A stretch of 64,000 nucleotides of DNA from Alphaproteobacteria bacterium (GTDB taxonomy: Bacteria; Pseudomonadota; Alphaproteobacteria; SP197), in the NCBI GenBank assembly GCA_964291415.2, contig OZ219920.1, positions 1,408,001-1,472,000 on the forward strand, given 5' to 3'. Positions 30,353 to 39,054 of the stretch are shown here, piece by piece. The position numbers and the translations under genes are program-made. The stretch's first letter is position 1. The number at the start of each line of letters is the position of its first letter. Below the pieces are notes generated by a model, which was not told the origin of the DNA, searched no databases, and saw nothing but the letters and a program-made list of their open reading frames with translations.

Positions 30353-31566
30353 GGTTCCCCGCCAGCCACGACAAGGTCGGGCAGATCACCCCGCGCCATT
30401 CGCTCCGTGAGCTTTGCGGTGTGCCAGCGAACGATGGCATCGTCGCCGTCGAGAGCGACGATCTCGCCGGAATCGCAGGCCCGGCTGCCATTCTCCTTCT
30501 CGACCCGGGTGCCAACGGCGATATCCGGAAAGGCCGTTCCCATGGCCTCGGAGACCCGCAGGCTCATGGGCCGGAAGTCCTGGTCCCGGCCGTTCTCCGA
30601 AATGCCGCGGAACAGACTGCCCTGGACCCAGGTGGAAACGGGCGGTTCGTCCTTGCGGGGCAGGCACTGTGACGCTTCGGCCGCCTGCCGTCCGGCCTGA
30701 TTGAGCAACCAGTTGACCGCTTTCGACGCATGACTGGCCGCCCGGAAGATCGCCTTGTTGTCGTCTTCTAGAATCCTCAGCCAGGCGCCGATGTAATCGG
30801 CGTGGTCTTCCCTGATGGCGGGGGCGATGCCGAGCTCTGCCGAGAGGAAGGCAGAGCCGATTTCCGCGACCAGTTCCTCCTTCGCATAGGGCACCTGGTA
30901 GCTGCCCCTGAACGTGCGGTTGAGACGGCTCGCATGGCGCGTCCAGTGGACCGATTCGTGGGCCAGCGTCGTGTAGTAGGCTTCACCGTCGTGGAAGAGT
31001 TCGAAAGCCGGCATCTGGATGTAGTCGTCGCTGAGGACATAGTAGGCCTCGTCCCCGCCGTGGCGGACATCGATGCCGAGATCATGGAAAAAGCCATCGA
31101 GATCCGCGGACCGCCGGTCGCGGTTGACCGGGTGGAACTCGGCGTAGGTACGGTGCCAGCGCTGATCGAGCCCATCGACCTGCTCGACATTGAACACCGT
31201 GAAGGTCTTGTGGAAACCCTGACGACGCACGTTTTCCTCGCCGGTTTCGGGATCGCGCGTCTTCCTGGTGTACTGGTCCGCATAGACGACCGACTGGCCC
31301 TTCTCGCCCTTCCTCACGCGGCCGCCGTGGCGTTTCGCCTGGTTGAAGGTCATCCAGGTCGGTTTCATGTAGCCGGCCGCTGCCGCCGCTGCCCACAGGA
31401 CAATGACGTTGATGCCGCTGTAGGGCTGTCCGGTATCGCGCAGGGGCAGGCCCGCACCCGCGAAAGCGCCGTCAACCCCCGATTCCCAGGGCCGCATCCA
31501 CGGACGGATGCCGTCACGCAACTGGGCCATGATGGACTGGGTAATCCTTGAATGAATGTCTGCCAG
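30349..31566 (-). CDS. ardC: ArdC family ssDNA-binding/antirestriction protein (DUF1738 plus zincin-like domain) with C-terminal extension
   Basis: RPWMRPW, YSGIN..LW, WMTFNQA, VRKGEKG, VFNVEQ, AHESVHWT (HExxH), YAKEELVAE, HADYIGAWL. Probable CTG start after GGGGAGAGGA. Confidence 0.88.
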   Translation of the reverse strand: MADIHSRITQSIMAQLRDGIRPWMRPWESGVDGAFAGAGLPLRDTGQPYSGINVIVLWAAAAAAGYMKPTWMTFNQAKRHGGRVRKGEKGQSVVYADQYTRKTRDPETGEENVRRQGFHKTFTVFNVEQVDGLDQRWHRTYAEFHPVNRDRRSADLDGFFHDLGIDVRHGGDEAYYVLSDDYIQMPAFELFHDGEAYYTTLAHESVHWTRHASRLNRTFRGSYQVPYAKEELVAEIGSAFLSAELGIAPAIREDHADYIGAWLRILEDDNKAIFRAASHASKAVNWLLNQAGRQAAEASQCLPRKDEPPVSTWVQGSLFRGISENGRDQDFRPMSLRVSEAMGTAFPDIAVGTRVEKENGSRACDSGEIVALDGDDAIVRWHTAKLTERMARGDLPDLVVAGGEP

Positions 31567-31582
31567 GAATCCTCTCCCCTGA

Positions 31583-32614
31583 TTACCGGGCCGCGGCGGG
31601 CGCCCCCCGCCCGGCGAACTCGCCTCCTCCCCACAGGGAGACGTGAGGGGGATGCATGACGCTTCCATCGTAGCGGATCGCACCCTCACGGTCGACGTGA
31701 AGCATCAACGGGCCGTCAAGGTCGACGAGGTCGGCATCTTCGGCGACCAGCATCGCCGGCGCCATGGCCAGCGACGTGCTCACCATGCAGCCCACCATGA
31801 CACGAAGCCCACGCTTGCGAGCCGCCCGGCGCAGCGCCAGGGCGCCGGTCAGGCCACCTGCCTTGTCGAGCTTGATGTTCACCATGTCGTAGCGGTCCGC
31901 CAGACGGTCGACATCGTCTGCGGTGTGGCAGGACTCGTCTGCGCACAAAGGAAGCGGACACCTGTAGCCGGCCAGCGCCTCGTCTTTCCCCGCAGGCAGC
32001 GGCTGCTCGATCATCTCGACGCCAAGGCCTGCGAGATCATCCGCGACGTGGATGAGCTGATCCATGGTCCAGGCCTCGTTGGCGTCAATCACCAGACGTG
32101 CACCGGGTGCGCCCTCGCGAACGGCATGCATCCTTTCCATGATGCACTCGCCATCGAGCTTGACCTTGAGCAGCGGGCGCGTCCGGTTGTCGGCCGCGGC
32201 CCTCATCATGGCTTGAGGAGAATCGATGCCAATGGTCCAGGCGGTGATGAGAGAGGAGGGCTCGCTGAGCCCGGCGTGTTGCCAGACCGACTGGCCGGCG
32301 AGTCGCGCCTCGAGGTCCCACAGGGCGCAGTCGACCCCATTGAAGGCCGCCCCCGCCCCGTGCAGATCGTGCCGGCCGGCGCCCCCCTCGACCGCCTCCT
32401 TCAGCCGGGCGATGTCGGCGAGCACCGACTCCATGGTTTCGCCGTAGCGGGCATAGGGAACACATTCGCCCCTGCCCGTCATGCCCTCCTGGGCGATCTC
32501 GACGACGATGACCCGGGCTTCGTTCTTCGCGCCTCGCGCAATCCTGAACGGACGGGCCAGTGGCCAGGTCTCGGGACGTGCGCGGACGGTTCGCCGATGA
32601 CGAGGGCCTGTCAT
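31583..32614 (-). CDS. dgcA: N-acetyl-D-glutamate racemase / L-Ala-D/L-Glu epimerase (enolase superfamily)
   Basis: GRGECVPYARYGE, KVK, DANE, EQP, ADES, NIKLDK, DLDG. Coupled to a dgcN-like gene. Confidence 0.85.
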   Translation of the reverse strand: MTGPRHRRTVRARPETWPLARPFRIARGAKNEARVIVVEIAQEGMTGRGECVPYARYGETMESVLADIARLKEAVEGGAGRHDLHGAGAAFNGVDCALWDLEARLAGQSVWQHAGLSEPSSLITAWTIGIDSPQAMMRAAADNRTRPLLKVKLDGECIMERMHAVREGAPGARLVIDANEAWTMDQLIHVADDLAGLGVEMIEQPLPAGKDEALAGYRCPLPLCADESCHTADDVDRLADRYDMVNIKLDKAGGLTGALALRRAARKRGLRVMVGCMVSTSLAMAPAMLVAEDADLVDLDGPLMLHVDREGAIRYDGSVMHPPHVSLWGGGEFAGRGAPAAAR

Positions 32615-33615
32615 GGCTCCAGGGCATCAACGATGAACGAGGCGCCATGACGCACCGGATCGCCACACGGCAGGCCGTGCTCGGCGGCAGTCTTCGCGAT
32701 CTCGCGAAGCGCTTCCTCCTCTCCCAGCGCGGAGGTGTTGATGGAGATGGCGATGACCCGGGCTTCGGGCGCGGTCAGGCCAGCCATCCGTTCATTGATC
32801 TCGATGCAGTGCCGAAGTGACGGAAGGGATCGTCCCGGAAGACCGCGCATGTGGGAGCGCGTGGGCTCGTGACACATGACGAGGGCTTCCGCCTGGGCAC
32901 CGTGAAGAAGACCGAGGCTCACCCCGGCAAAGGAGGGGTGAAACAGCGATCCCTGCCCCTCGATGATGTCCCAGTGATCGGGATCATTGGCCGGAGCAAG
33001 CCACTCCACCGACCCGGAAATGAAATCGGCGACCACCCCGTCAACGGCGATACCGCTCCCGGCGATGAAGATTCCGGACTGCCCGGTCGCCCTGAAGGTC
33101 GACTTCATGCCGCGGTCATGCATCTCGCGTTCGATGGCAAGGGAGGTGAACATCTTGCCCAGGGAACTGTCCGTGCCGACGGTGAGAAGCCGTCTGCCGG
33201 TGCGCGGCGTCCCCTTGCCGACGGAGAACTCTCTGGTGCTCTGGCGCACATCATGGAGGGTTCTTCCCAGACGTCGCGCGGCTTCGGCAATAGCCGGAAT
33301 GTCCGCAAGGCGCGTGTGCATGCCGGCCATGACGTCAAGTCCTGACTCGAGGGCCTCGATGATCGTGGCGCTCCAGTGATCGGGAATGAATCCACCGGCA
33401 TTGGCAACACCCACCAGCATCGTCCGGCATCCTGCATCTGCGGCCTCGCGGGTCGTCATGTCGGGCAATCCGAGATCCTGGTTGCAGCCGGCAAGGCGGA
33501 TCTGTGCCCGCGCCTTGTCGGGGCGCCAGATCTTGACCCCGGTCGCCCCCTTGATTGACAACTCGTCCCGGGCGTCACCCAGAAACAGCAGGTAGGGGGA
33601 TCCTGCATCTCTCAT
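32611..33615 (-). CDS. dgcN: D-glutamate N-acetyltransferase (DUF1611 family)
   Basis: PYLLFLGD, VGTD...GKMFT, FRATGQ, VVADFISG, EGQGSLFHPS, LLHGAQ. Confidence 0.88.
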   Translation of the reverse strand: MRDAGSPYLLFLGDARDELSIKGATGVKIWRPDKARAQIRLAGCNQDLGLPDMTTREAADAGCRTMLVGVANAGGFIPDHWSATIIEALESGLDVMAGMHTRLADIPAIAEAARRLGRTLHDVRQSTREFSVGKGTPRTGRRLLTVGTDSSLGKMFTSLAIEREMHDRGMKSTFRATGQSGIFIAGSGIAVDGVVADFISGSVEWLAPANDPDHWDIIEGQGSLFHPSFAGVSLGLLHGAQAEALVMCHEPTRSHMRGLPGRSLPSLRHCIEINERMAGLTAPEARVIAISINTSALGEEEALREIAKTAAEHGLPCGDPVRHGASFIVDALEP

Positions 33616-33696
33616 GTCTTCCTCCGACAGGTTGTCACGAAGCCCACGTCGTCGCGCCATAGTAGTGTCACGACAGGGTGCCGGACCACATGCCGG

Positions 33697-34263
33697 TCAG
33701 CCGGAGCCCGACGCCGGGATCGTATCGTCATCGAAGTCCGACTCGAGCGGGACACGCGCGGTCTTCAGCAGCGTCGACATGACGAGATAGACGCCGACGG
33801 TGAAGACGATATCCAGGATCTTCCTGTCGCTGAAAACGCCATCCATCTCATCCAGGGTTTCCGGCCCGATCTCGGTCCCATCAAGCATGTCATCGACCGC
33901 ACGCAGCAACAGCTTTTCCTGCCTTGACCAACCGAGAGCCTCGCTTCCCTCCCGTACGCGGGCAATCCGGTCATCGTCAAGGCCGGCCTTGCGACCACGC
34001 ACCACGTGGTGACGCCACTCGTAGTCGCACGCGGTCAGGTGGGCGACTCGCAGGACCACAAGTTCCCGCTCCGCGGCGTCAAGTGAGGACGATTTCACAA
34101 CATGTTCGCGCAAGGGCGCGTAACTCGCCATGAGTTCCGGGTGACGGGCAATCACCCCGTGAATGTTGAGTGGCTGCCCGATCCGCCGCCGCACATCTCC
34201 CAGGGCGGGATCCCATGCATCCGGATCAAGTGGTTGAAGGCGGTGCGCTGAACCTGCCGACAT
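33697..34263 (-). CDS. Carboxymuconolactone decarboxylase (AhpD-like) family protein
   Basis: LNIHGVIARHPEL, RELVVLRVA, CDYEWRHH, VGVY. Confidence 0.85.
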   Translation of the reverse strand: MSAGSAHRLQPLDPDAWDPALGDVRRRIGQPLNIHGVIARHPELMASYAPLREHVVKSSSLDAAERELVVLRVAHLTACDYEWRHHVVRGRKAGLDDDRIARVREGSEALGWSRQEKLLLRAVDDMLDGTEIGPETLDEMDGVFSDRKILDIVFTVGVYLVMSTLLKTARVPLESDFDDDTIPASGSG

Positions 34264-34371
34264 GAACATCTCCAGCTTGTCTCCTGACCCGCGACATTGC
34301 CGCCAGACCGGTCCGAAAGGAAGGCCACATCCTGCATGACACCAGGTGGCCGCGTCCCTACCCTGGAACCC

Positions 34372-35199
34372 ATGGCAAACGTTCCCTGGACGGACGACGA
34401 GAATGACCTGCTCGTCGCAGACTACTTCCGGATGCTTGCTGCCGACCTGAACGGGCAGAACTACAGCAAGGCTGGACACGCGCGTCAGCTCATGGATCGC
34501 CTGGACAACCGCTCGAAAGGAGCAATCGAGTACAAGCGGCGCAACCTCAGTGCCGTCCTCCAGGGACTCGGTGACACCTGGTTGCCAGGTTACCTTCCCG
34601 CGTACAACGTCCAGGCGTCCCTTGAAGATGCCGTCGCCCGGTGGCTGGCGCGCCATCCTGGCTGGCTGGACCGCGTACCTGCACTCGAGCCAGCCAATGC
34701 GGTGCCCCTGCGAATCGAACAACCGCCAACGCTCGCCAACCACCCATTGCCGGAGGGCCACGACAAGGTGTCCGGGATCGCCGTCAGGTTTGATGCCGCG
34801 GGCCGTGACGAACGCAACCGGGCACTCGGCCATCTCGGCGAGCGCCTCGCCCTAGCTCATGAACGGACCACGCTGGCGTGCGCTGGCCGCGCCGATCTTG
34901 CCCGTGATGTGCGCTGGGTATCCCAGGAGGACGGTGACGGCGCCGGATACGACATTGCCAGCTTCACCCCTGAAGGCGCGGTCCGTCTCCTGGAGGTGAA
35001 GACCACGAAGGGATACGCGCGCACCCCTTTCTGGATATCCCGGAACGAATTGGCAGTCGCCGAAGAACGGCGCGCTGAATGGAGGCTGTTCCGTCTCTGG
35101 AATGTCTCACGCACGCCTCAGGCATTTGAACTCTCCCCGCCGCTCGACGCACACGTTTCGCTCATGCCCACGCAGTTTCTGGCGGACTTCCGCCACTAG
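34372..35199 (+). CDS. DUF3883 (NO VEIN C-terminal-like) PD-(D/E)XK nuclease domain protein
   Basis: WTDDENDLLVADYF N-terminus, LGE..A..HE, GDGAGYDIASF, LEVKTT, FWISRNE. Confidence 0.85.
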   Translation: MANVPWTDDENDLLVADYFRMLAADLNGQNYSKAGHARQLMDRLDNRSKGAIEYKRRNLSAVLQGLGDTWLPGYLPAYNVQASLEDAVARWLARHPGWLDRVPALEPANAVPLRIEQPPTLANHPLPEGHDKVSGIAVRFDAAGRDERNRALGHLGERLALAHERTTLACAGRADLARDVRWVSQEDGDGAGYDIASFTPEGAVRLLEVKTTKGYARTPFWISRNELAVAEERRAEWRLFRLWNVSRTPQAFELSPPLDAHVSLMPTQFLADFRH

Positions 35200-35268
35200 G
35201 CTGTTCCTGTCGGCAAAGACCTTGATGTCGCACGACTGCTATGCGACATGGCCGCAGCGATCCAAGGA

Positions 35269-36528
35269 ATGTCTCACGTGGTCCCTCCCCTGCTCGATAC
35301 CGGCTATGCCCGCTCCTTCTTTCCTGCCCTCAACGACTCGTGGGCCTTCATGGAGAACGCGGGCGGCAGTCTTGTTCCACATACGGTGATCGAGGCGGTC
35401 AGCGCCTACATGAGCGAGTGCCAGGTGCAGCCCGGCGACAATGCGGCGATTGCGCGCGAAGCGCAGCGGCGCATGGCGGCCGGTCAAGCGACCGCAGCCG
35501 CCATGCTGAACGCCTCTCCGGACGAGGTGGTCGTCGGCCCCTCGACCACGCGCAACGTGCAGACCCTGGCCATGGCCATGCGCTCCCGGCTTCGCGAGAA
35601 CGACGAGATCATCGTCACCAACCTCGACCACGAAGCCAACAACAACCATTGGCGGCGCCTTCGGGAGTTTGGCCTCGTCATCAGGGAGTGGCAGGTCAAC
35701 CCCGAGACGGCGGAACTCGAAACCGGCGCCCTGGAGCCGCTGCTCAACGAAAGAACGAGGCTGGTCTGCTTTTCCCACTGCTCCAACATCACCGGCGGTC
35801 CCAACCCGGTGCGCGAGATCACTGCCCTGGCGCATGCCGCCGGGGCCCAGGTCTGCATCGACGGAGTCGCGATGGCCCCGCACGCGTCCATCGATGTCCG
35901 CGAGCTCGATGTGGACTACTATCTGTTCAGTCTTTACAAGACCTTCGGTCCCCATCTTGGAGTCATGTATGGGAAGCGGGAACATCTTCTCGCGCTGCCC
36001 GGACAGTACTTCCATTTCCATGGCGAGGACGACATCCCGCTCAAGCTCAACCCCGGGGCGCCCAATCACGAGCTGACGGCGGCGACGGCCGGCGTTGGCG
36101 CCTATCTCGACGCCCTGGCCCGGCACCATCTCGACGAGCCCGCGCACGATCCGGTCATCCGCTATCGCCAGGTCTTCGGCCTGATCCGGGATCATGAATC
36201 GGCGCTTTGTGGCCGGTTTCTCTCGTGGGCCGCGGATCGGCCCCGGATCCGTCTGGTGGGACGCCGGCAGGCCGGCAACACCGGTCGCGCGCCCACATTC
36301 AGTTTCACCGTGGACGGCATGGCCAGTCAGCAACTGCCCGCGTTGCTGGAGTCCCGCGGCATCGTGGCGGGAGCCGGCGATTTCTATGCACCCAGAGTGC
36401 TGGAGGCGAAGGGAATCGCTCCTTCAGACGGCGTCGTTCGGTGCTCACTCGTTCACTACAACACGGCGGACGAAGTGGACCGCCTCACCATGGCCCTTGA
36501 TGCCATCATGGCGGAGAATCACGCATGA
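35269..36528 (+). CDS. Class V PLP-dependent aminotransferase (cysteine desulfurase-like)
   Basis: ENAGGS, DHEAN, CSNITG, DGVAMAPH, FSLYKTFGPH (PLP lysine), SLVHYNT. Start at 35248 or 35269. Confidence 0.88.
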   Translation: MSHVVPPLLDTGYARSFFPALNDSWAFMENAGGSLVPHTVIEAVSAYMSECQVQPGDNAAIAREAQRRMAAGQATAAAMLNASPDEVVVGPSTTRNVQTLAMAMRSRLRENDEIIVTNLDHEANNNHWRRLREFGLVIREWQVNPETAELETGALEPLLNERTRLVCFSHCSNITGGPNPVREITALAHAAGAQVCIDGVAMAPHASIDVRELDVDYYLFSLYKTFGPHLGVMYGKREHLLALPGQYFHFHGEDDIPLKLNPGAPNHELTAATAGVGAYLDALARHHLDEPAHDPVIRYRQVFGLIRDHESALCGRFLSWAADRPRIRLVGRRQAGNTGRAPTFSFTVDGMASQQLPALLESRGIVAGAGDFYAPRVLEAKGIAPSDGVVRCSLVHYNTADEVDRLTMALDAIMAENHA

Positions 36529-37481
36529 CCTCTCTCGAGGCCCTGTTGTCGGCCGAGCGGCTGCTGCGCCGCCACCTCGGCGAAACCCCCCTTCACCACT
36601 GGCCGCTGCTCAGCCGGCGCAGCGGCGCCGAGGTCTGGGTCAAGCATGAAAACCACACCCGGATCGGCGCCTTCAAGATCCGCGGCGGGCTTGTCTACAT
36701 GGAGAGGCTCAAGGCACGGGAACCGGACGTTCCAGGTGTCATCGCGGCGACCCGCGGCAATCACGGCCAGAGTGTGGCCCTTGCGGCCGGTCTCTCCGGC
36801 GTTCCGGCAACCATCGTCGTGCCGCACGGCAATTCCGTCGAGAAGAACAAGGCGATGCGCGCACTTGGTGCGGACCTGATCGAGCATGGCCACGACTTCC
36901 AGGAGGCCCTGGTTCACGCCCGGGATCTGGCCGGACGCCACGGCCTCCACATGCTGGCCTCGTTCCACGATGACCTTGTCTGCGGCGTCGCAAGCTACGG
37001 TCTCGAGATCTTCCGAAGCCATGATGACATCGACACGGTCTATGTGCCGATCGGTCTGGGCTCGGGCCTGTGCGGTACCTTGAGGGCGCGCGACGCGTTG
37101 GCGTCCGGCGCCGCGGTGGTTGGCGTGGTGGCCGAAAACGCCCCCTGCTACGCCCGTTCCTTTGCTGCCGGAGCACCCGTCACCACCAACCGTTGCGATA
37201 CCATCGCCGACGGCATGGCGGTGCGCGTGCCTCACGATGACGCGGTGGGCGAGATCAACGCCGGCGCCGAGCGCATCGTCACCACGAGCGAGGACGACAT
37301 CCGCGCCGCCATGCGGCACTACTTCACCGACACCCACAACGTGGCGGAAGGCGCCGGCGCCGCCCCCCTGGCGGCCCTCTTGCGTGAACGCGACCGCATG
37401 GCCGGACGCAAGGTTGTTCTCGTGCTGTCGGGCGGCAACATCGACCGCGATCTCTTCGCCCGTATCCTCCAGGACGCCTGA
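36525..37481 (+). CDS. Threonine/serine dehydratase family PLP enzyme
   Basis: KHEN..GAFKIRGG, TRGNHGQ, PIGLGSG, EGAGA, SGGNID. Confidence 0.9.
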   Translation: MTSLEALLSAERLLRRHLGETPLHHWPLLSRRSGAEVWVKHENHTRIGAFKIRGGLVYMERLKAREPDVPGVIAATRGNHGQSVALAAGLSGVPATIVVPHGNSVEKNKAMRALGADLIEHGHDFQEALVHARDLAGRHGLHMLASFHDDLVCGVASYGLEIFRSHDDIDTVYVPIGLGSGLCGTLRARDALASGAAVVGVVAENAPCYARSFAAGAPVTTNRCDTIADGMAVRVPHDDAVGEINAGAERIVTTSEDDIRAAMRHYFTDTHNVAEGAGAAPLAALLRERDRMAGRKVVLVLSGGNIDRDLFARILQDA

Positions 37482-37496
37482 CGCCTCCCCGGCACG

Positions 37497-38870
37497 TCAG
37501 AGCAGGAGCAGGGACCCAAGGGCGAGGAAGACGAAGAAGCCGACGACATCGGTCACCGTGGTGAGGAAGATGCTCGCGGCAACCGCGGGATCGATGCCGA
37601 ACCTCTCCAGCACCAGGGGCGTGGCGGCGCCGATGAATCCGGCGACAGCAAGGTTGGCCACCATGGCCATGGCGATGACGGCGCCAAGCATGGGACTCTG
37701 GAACCATACCCAGGCGACCAGCCCGGTGATCGCGGCAAAGAGAATCCCGTTGAGGGTGCCGACCAGAATCTCCTTGGCGATCACCCTCATGCCGTTGGCC
37801 CGGGTGAGGTCCCTTGTCGCCAGGGCCCGGACCGCCACCGTCATCGTCTGGGTACCGGCATTGCCCCCCATCGAGGCGACGATGGGCATGAGGACGGCAA
37901 GGGCAACGATCTCCCTGATCGTGCCTTCGAAGATGCCGATGACCATGGACGCCATGACGGCGGTTCCGAGATTGATGAAGAGCCACCAGAAGCGCTTGCG
38001 CGTGGTGTCGATCACCCCCTGATTGAGGTCGGTGGCGGCCACGCCGCCAAGGCGGAGCACGTCCTCTTCCGTTTCCTCGCTCAACACGTCCACCATGTCG
38101 TCGAAGGTGATGGTACCCAGCAACCGGCCGTCGCCGTCGACGACAGCCACCTCGGAGAGCCCGTACTGCTGGAAGAGCCAGGAAACCTCTTCCTGGTCGG
38201 TATCGGCCTTCACGGTCAAGGCTTCGCCCTGGACGAGCGACGTCAGTCGAACGTGGCGGTCACTGCGAATCAGCGCTGCCAGCGCGATGACACCCAGTGG
38301 CCGGTGACCGGGATCGACGACAAAGACGGCATAGAACTCTTCCGGGAGATCGCCTGCGCCTCTCAGGTGGTCGATGGTCTGGCCTACGTTCCAGAATGCC
38401 GGGAGAGCCACGACATCACGGCGCATGAGGCGCCCGGCACTGTCTTCAGGGAAGGTGAGTCCCTGCTCCACCACCTGGCGTTCCGGCGCCGGCACCGCGT
38501 CCAGCACTTCCCGGCGGACCGGGTCATCGAGATCGGCAATGACGTCGACGGCATCATCGGAATCGAGCCTGCCCACCAGCCGGGCAAACGTCTCGAGGCC
38601 GAGTTCCTTGCGCAGGTCGTCGAGAACGGCGTCATCGAGATCGGGAAGGATCTCGGCGTCGATGTCCGGACCGAGGGCCTCGATCACCACCCGGCGCTGT
38701 GCGCCGCCCATCTGTTCGAGGAGATCCGCCTTGTCGGCGGCATGCAAAGGCACCACGAGCGCCTCGAGACGCACCAGGTCCTCCGCATCGACAGCATCGA
38801 TGATTGCCCGAAGAAGATCGGGGCTGAGCCCGTAGAGATCGTGAACTGACTGCAGCGATGTGTCTGTCAT
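37497..38870 (-). CDS. mgtE: Magnesium transporter MgtE
   Basis: EDSAGRLM, CBS pair, LMPIVASMGGNAGTQ, DPAVA, TTVTDVVGF. Confidence 0.96.
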   Translation of the reverse strand: MTDTSLQSVHDLYGLSPDLLRAIIDAVDAEDLVRLEALVVPLHAADKADLLEQMGGAQRRVVIEALGPDIDAEILPDLDDAVLDDLRKELGLETFARLVGRLDSDDAVDVIADLDDPVRREVLDAVPAPERQVVEQGLTFPEDSAGRLMRRDVVALPAFWNVGQTIDHLRGAGDLPEEFYAVFVVDPGHRPLGVIALAALIRSDRHVRLTSLVQGEALTVKADTDQEEVSWLFQQYGLSEVAVVDGDGRLLGTITFDDMVDVLSEETEEDVLRLGGVAATDLNQGVIDTTRKRFWWLFINLGTAVMASMVIGIFEGTIREIVALAVLMPIVASMGGNAGTQTMTVAVRALATRDLTRANGMRVIAKEILVGTLNGILFAAITGLVAWVWFQSPMLGAVIAMAMVANLAVAGFIGAATPLVLERFGIDPAVAASIFLTTVTDVVGFFVFLALGSLLLL

Positions 38871-38909
38871 GGCACACGTCCCCTGTCGTTCCGGGGGCGC
38901 GTGCTGAAA

Positions 38910-38996
38910 TGGTGCGGTCGAGAAGACTCGAACTTCCACGGGCTCTCGCCCACAGCGCCCTCAACGCTGCGCGTCTACCAATTCCGCCACGACCGC
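38910..38996 (-). tRNA. tRNA-Leu (anticodon GAG)
   Basis: GCGGTCG acceptor stem, D-loop GGAATTGGTAGAC, anticodon arm CAGCG-TTGAGGG-CGCTG, long variable arm, GTTCGAGTC, encoded CCA. Confidence 0.97.
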
Positions 38997-39014
38997 ATTG
39001 ACGGGCAGGCCGCA

Positions 39015-39043
39015 CGTATAGCTAATCCTCAAGTACGCCGCAA
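39015..39043 (-). promoter_or_regulatory. Candidate tRNA-Leu promoter
   Basis: TTGCGG-N17-TATACG followed by a GC-rich discriminator, ending 18 bp before the tRNA. Confidence 0.55.
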
Positions 39044-39054
39044 GGCGAGGTATC

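Noticed and set aside
27104-30700. 1198-aa plus-strand ORF
   Set aside because: Antisense shadow of putA/ardC caused by GC-rich codon bias, with no recognisable motifs. The same applies to other long antisense ORFs such as 15857-17299, 8470-9936 and 51820-53310.
38910-38960. tRNA-Leu as an integration site (attB)
   Set aside because: No duplicated tRNA 3' end and no integrase were seen, and fic lies on the 5' side of the tRNA.
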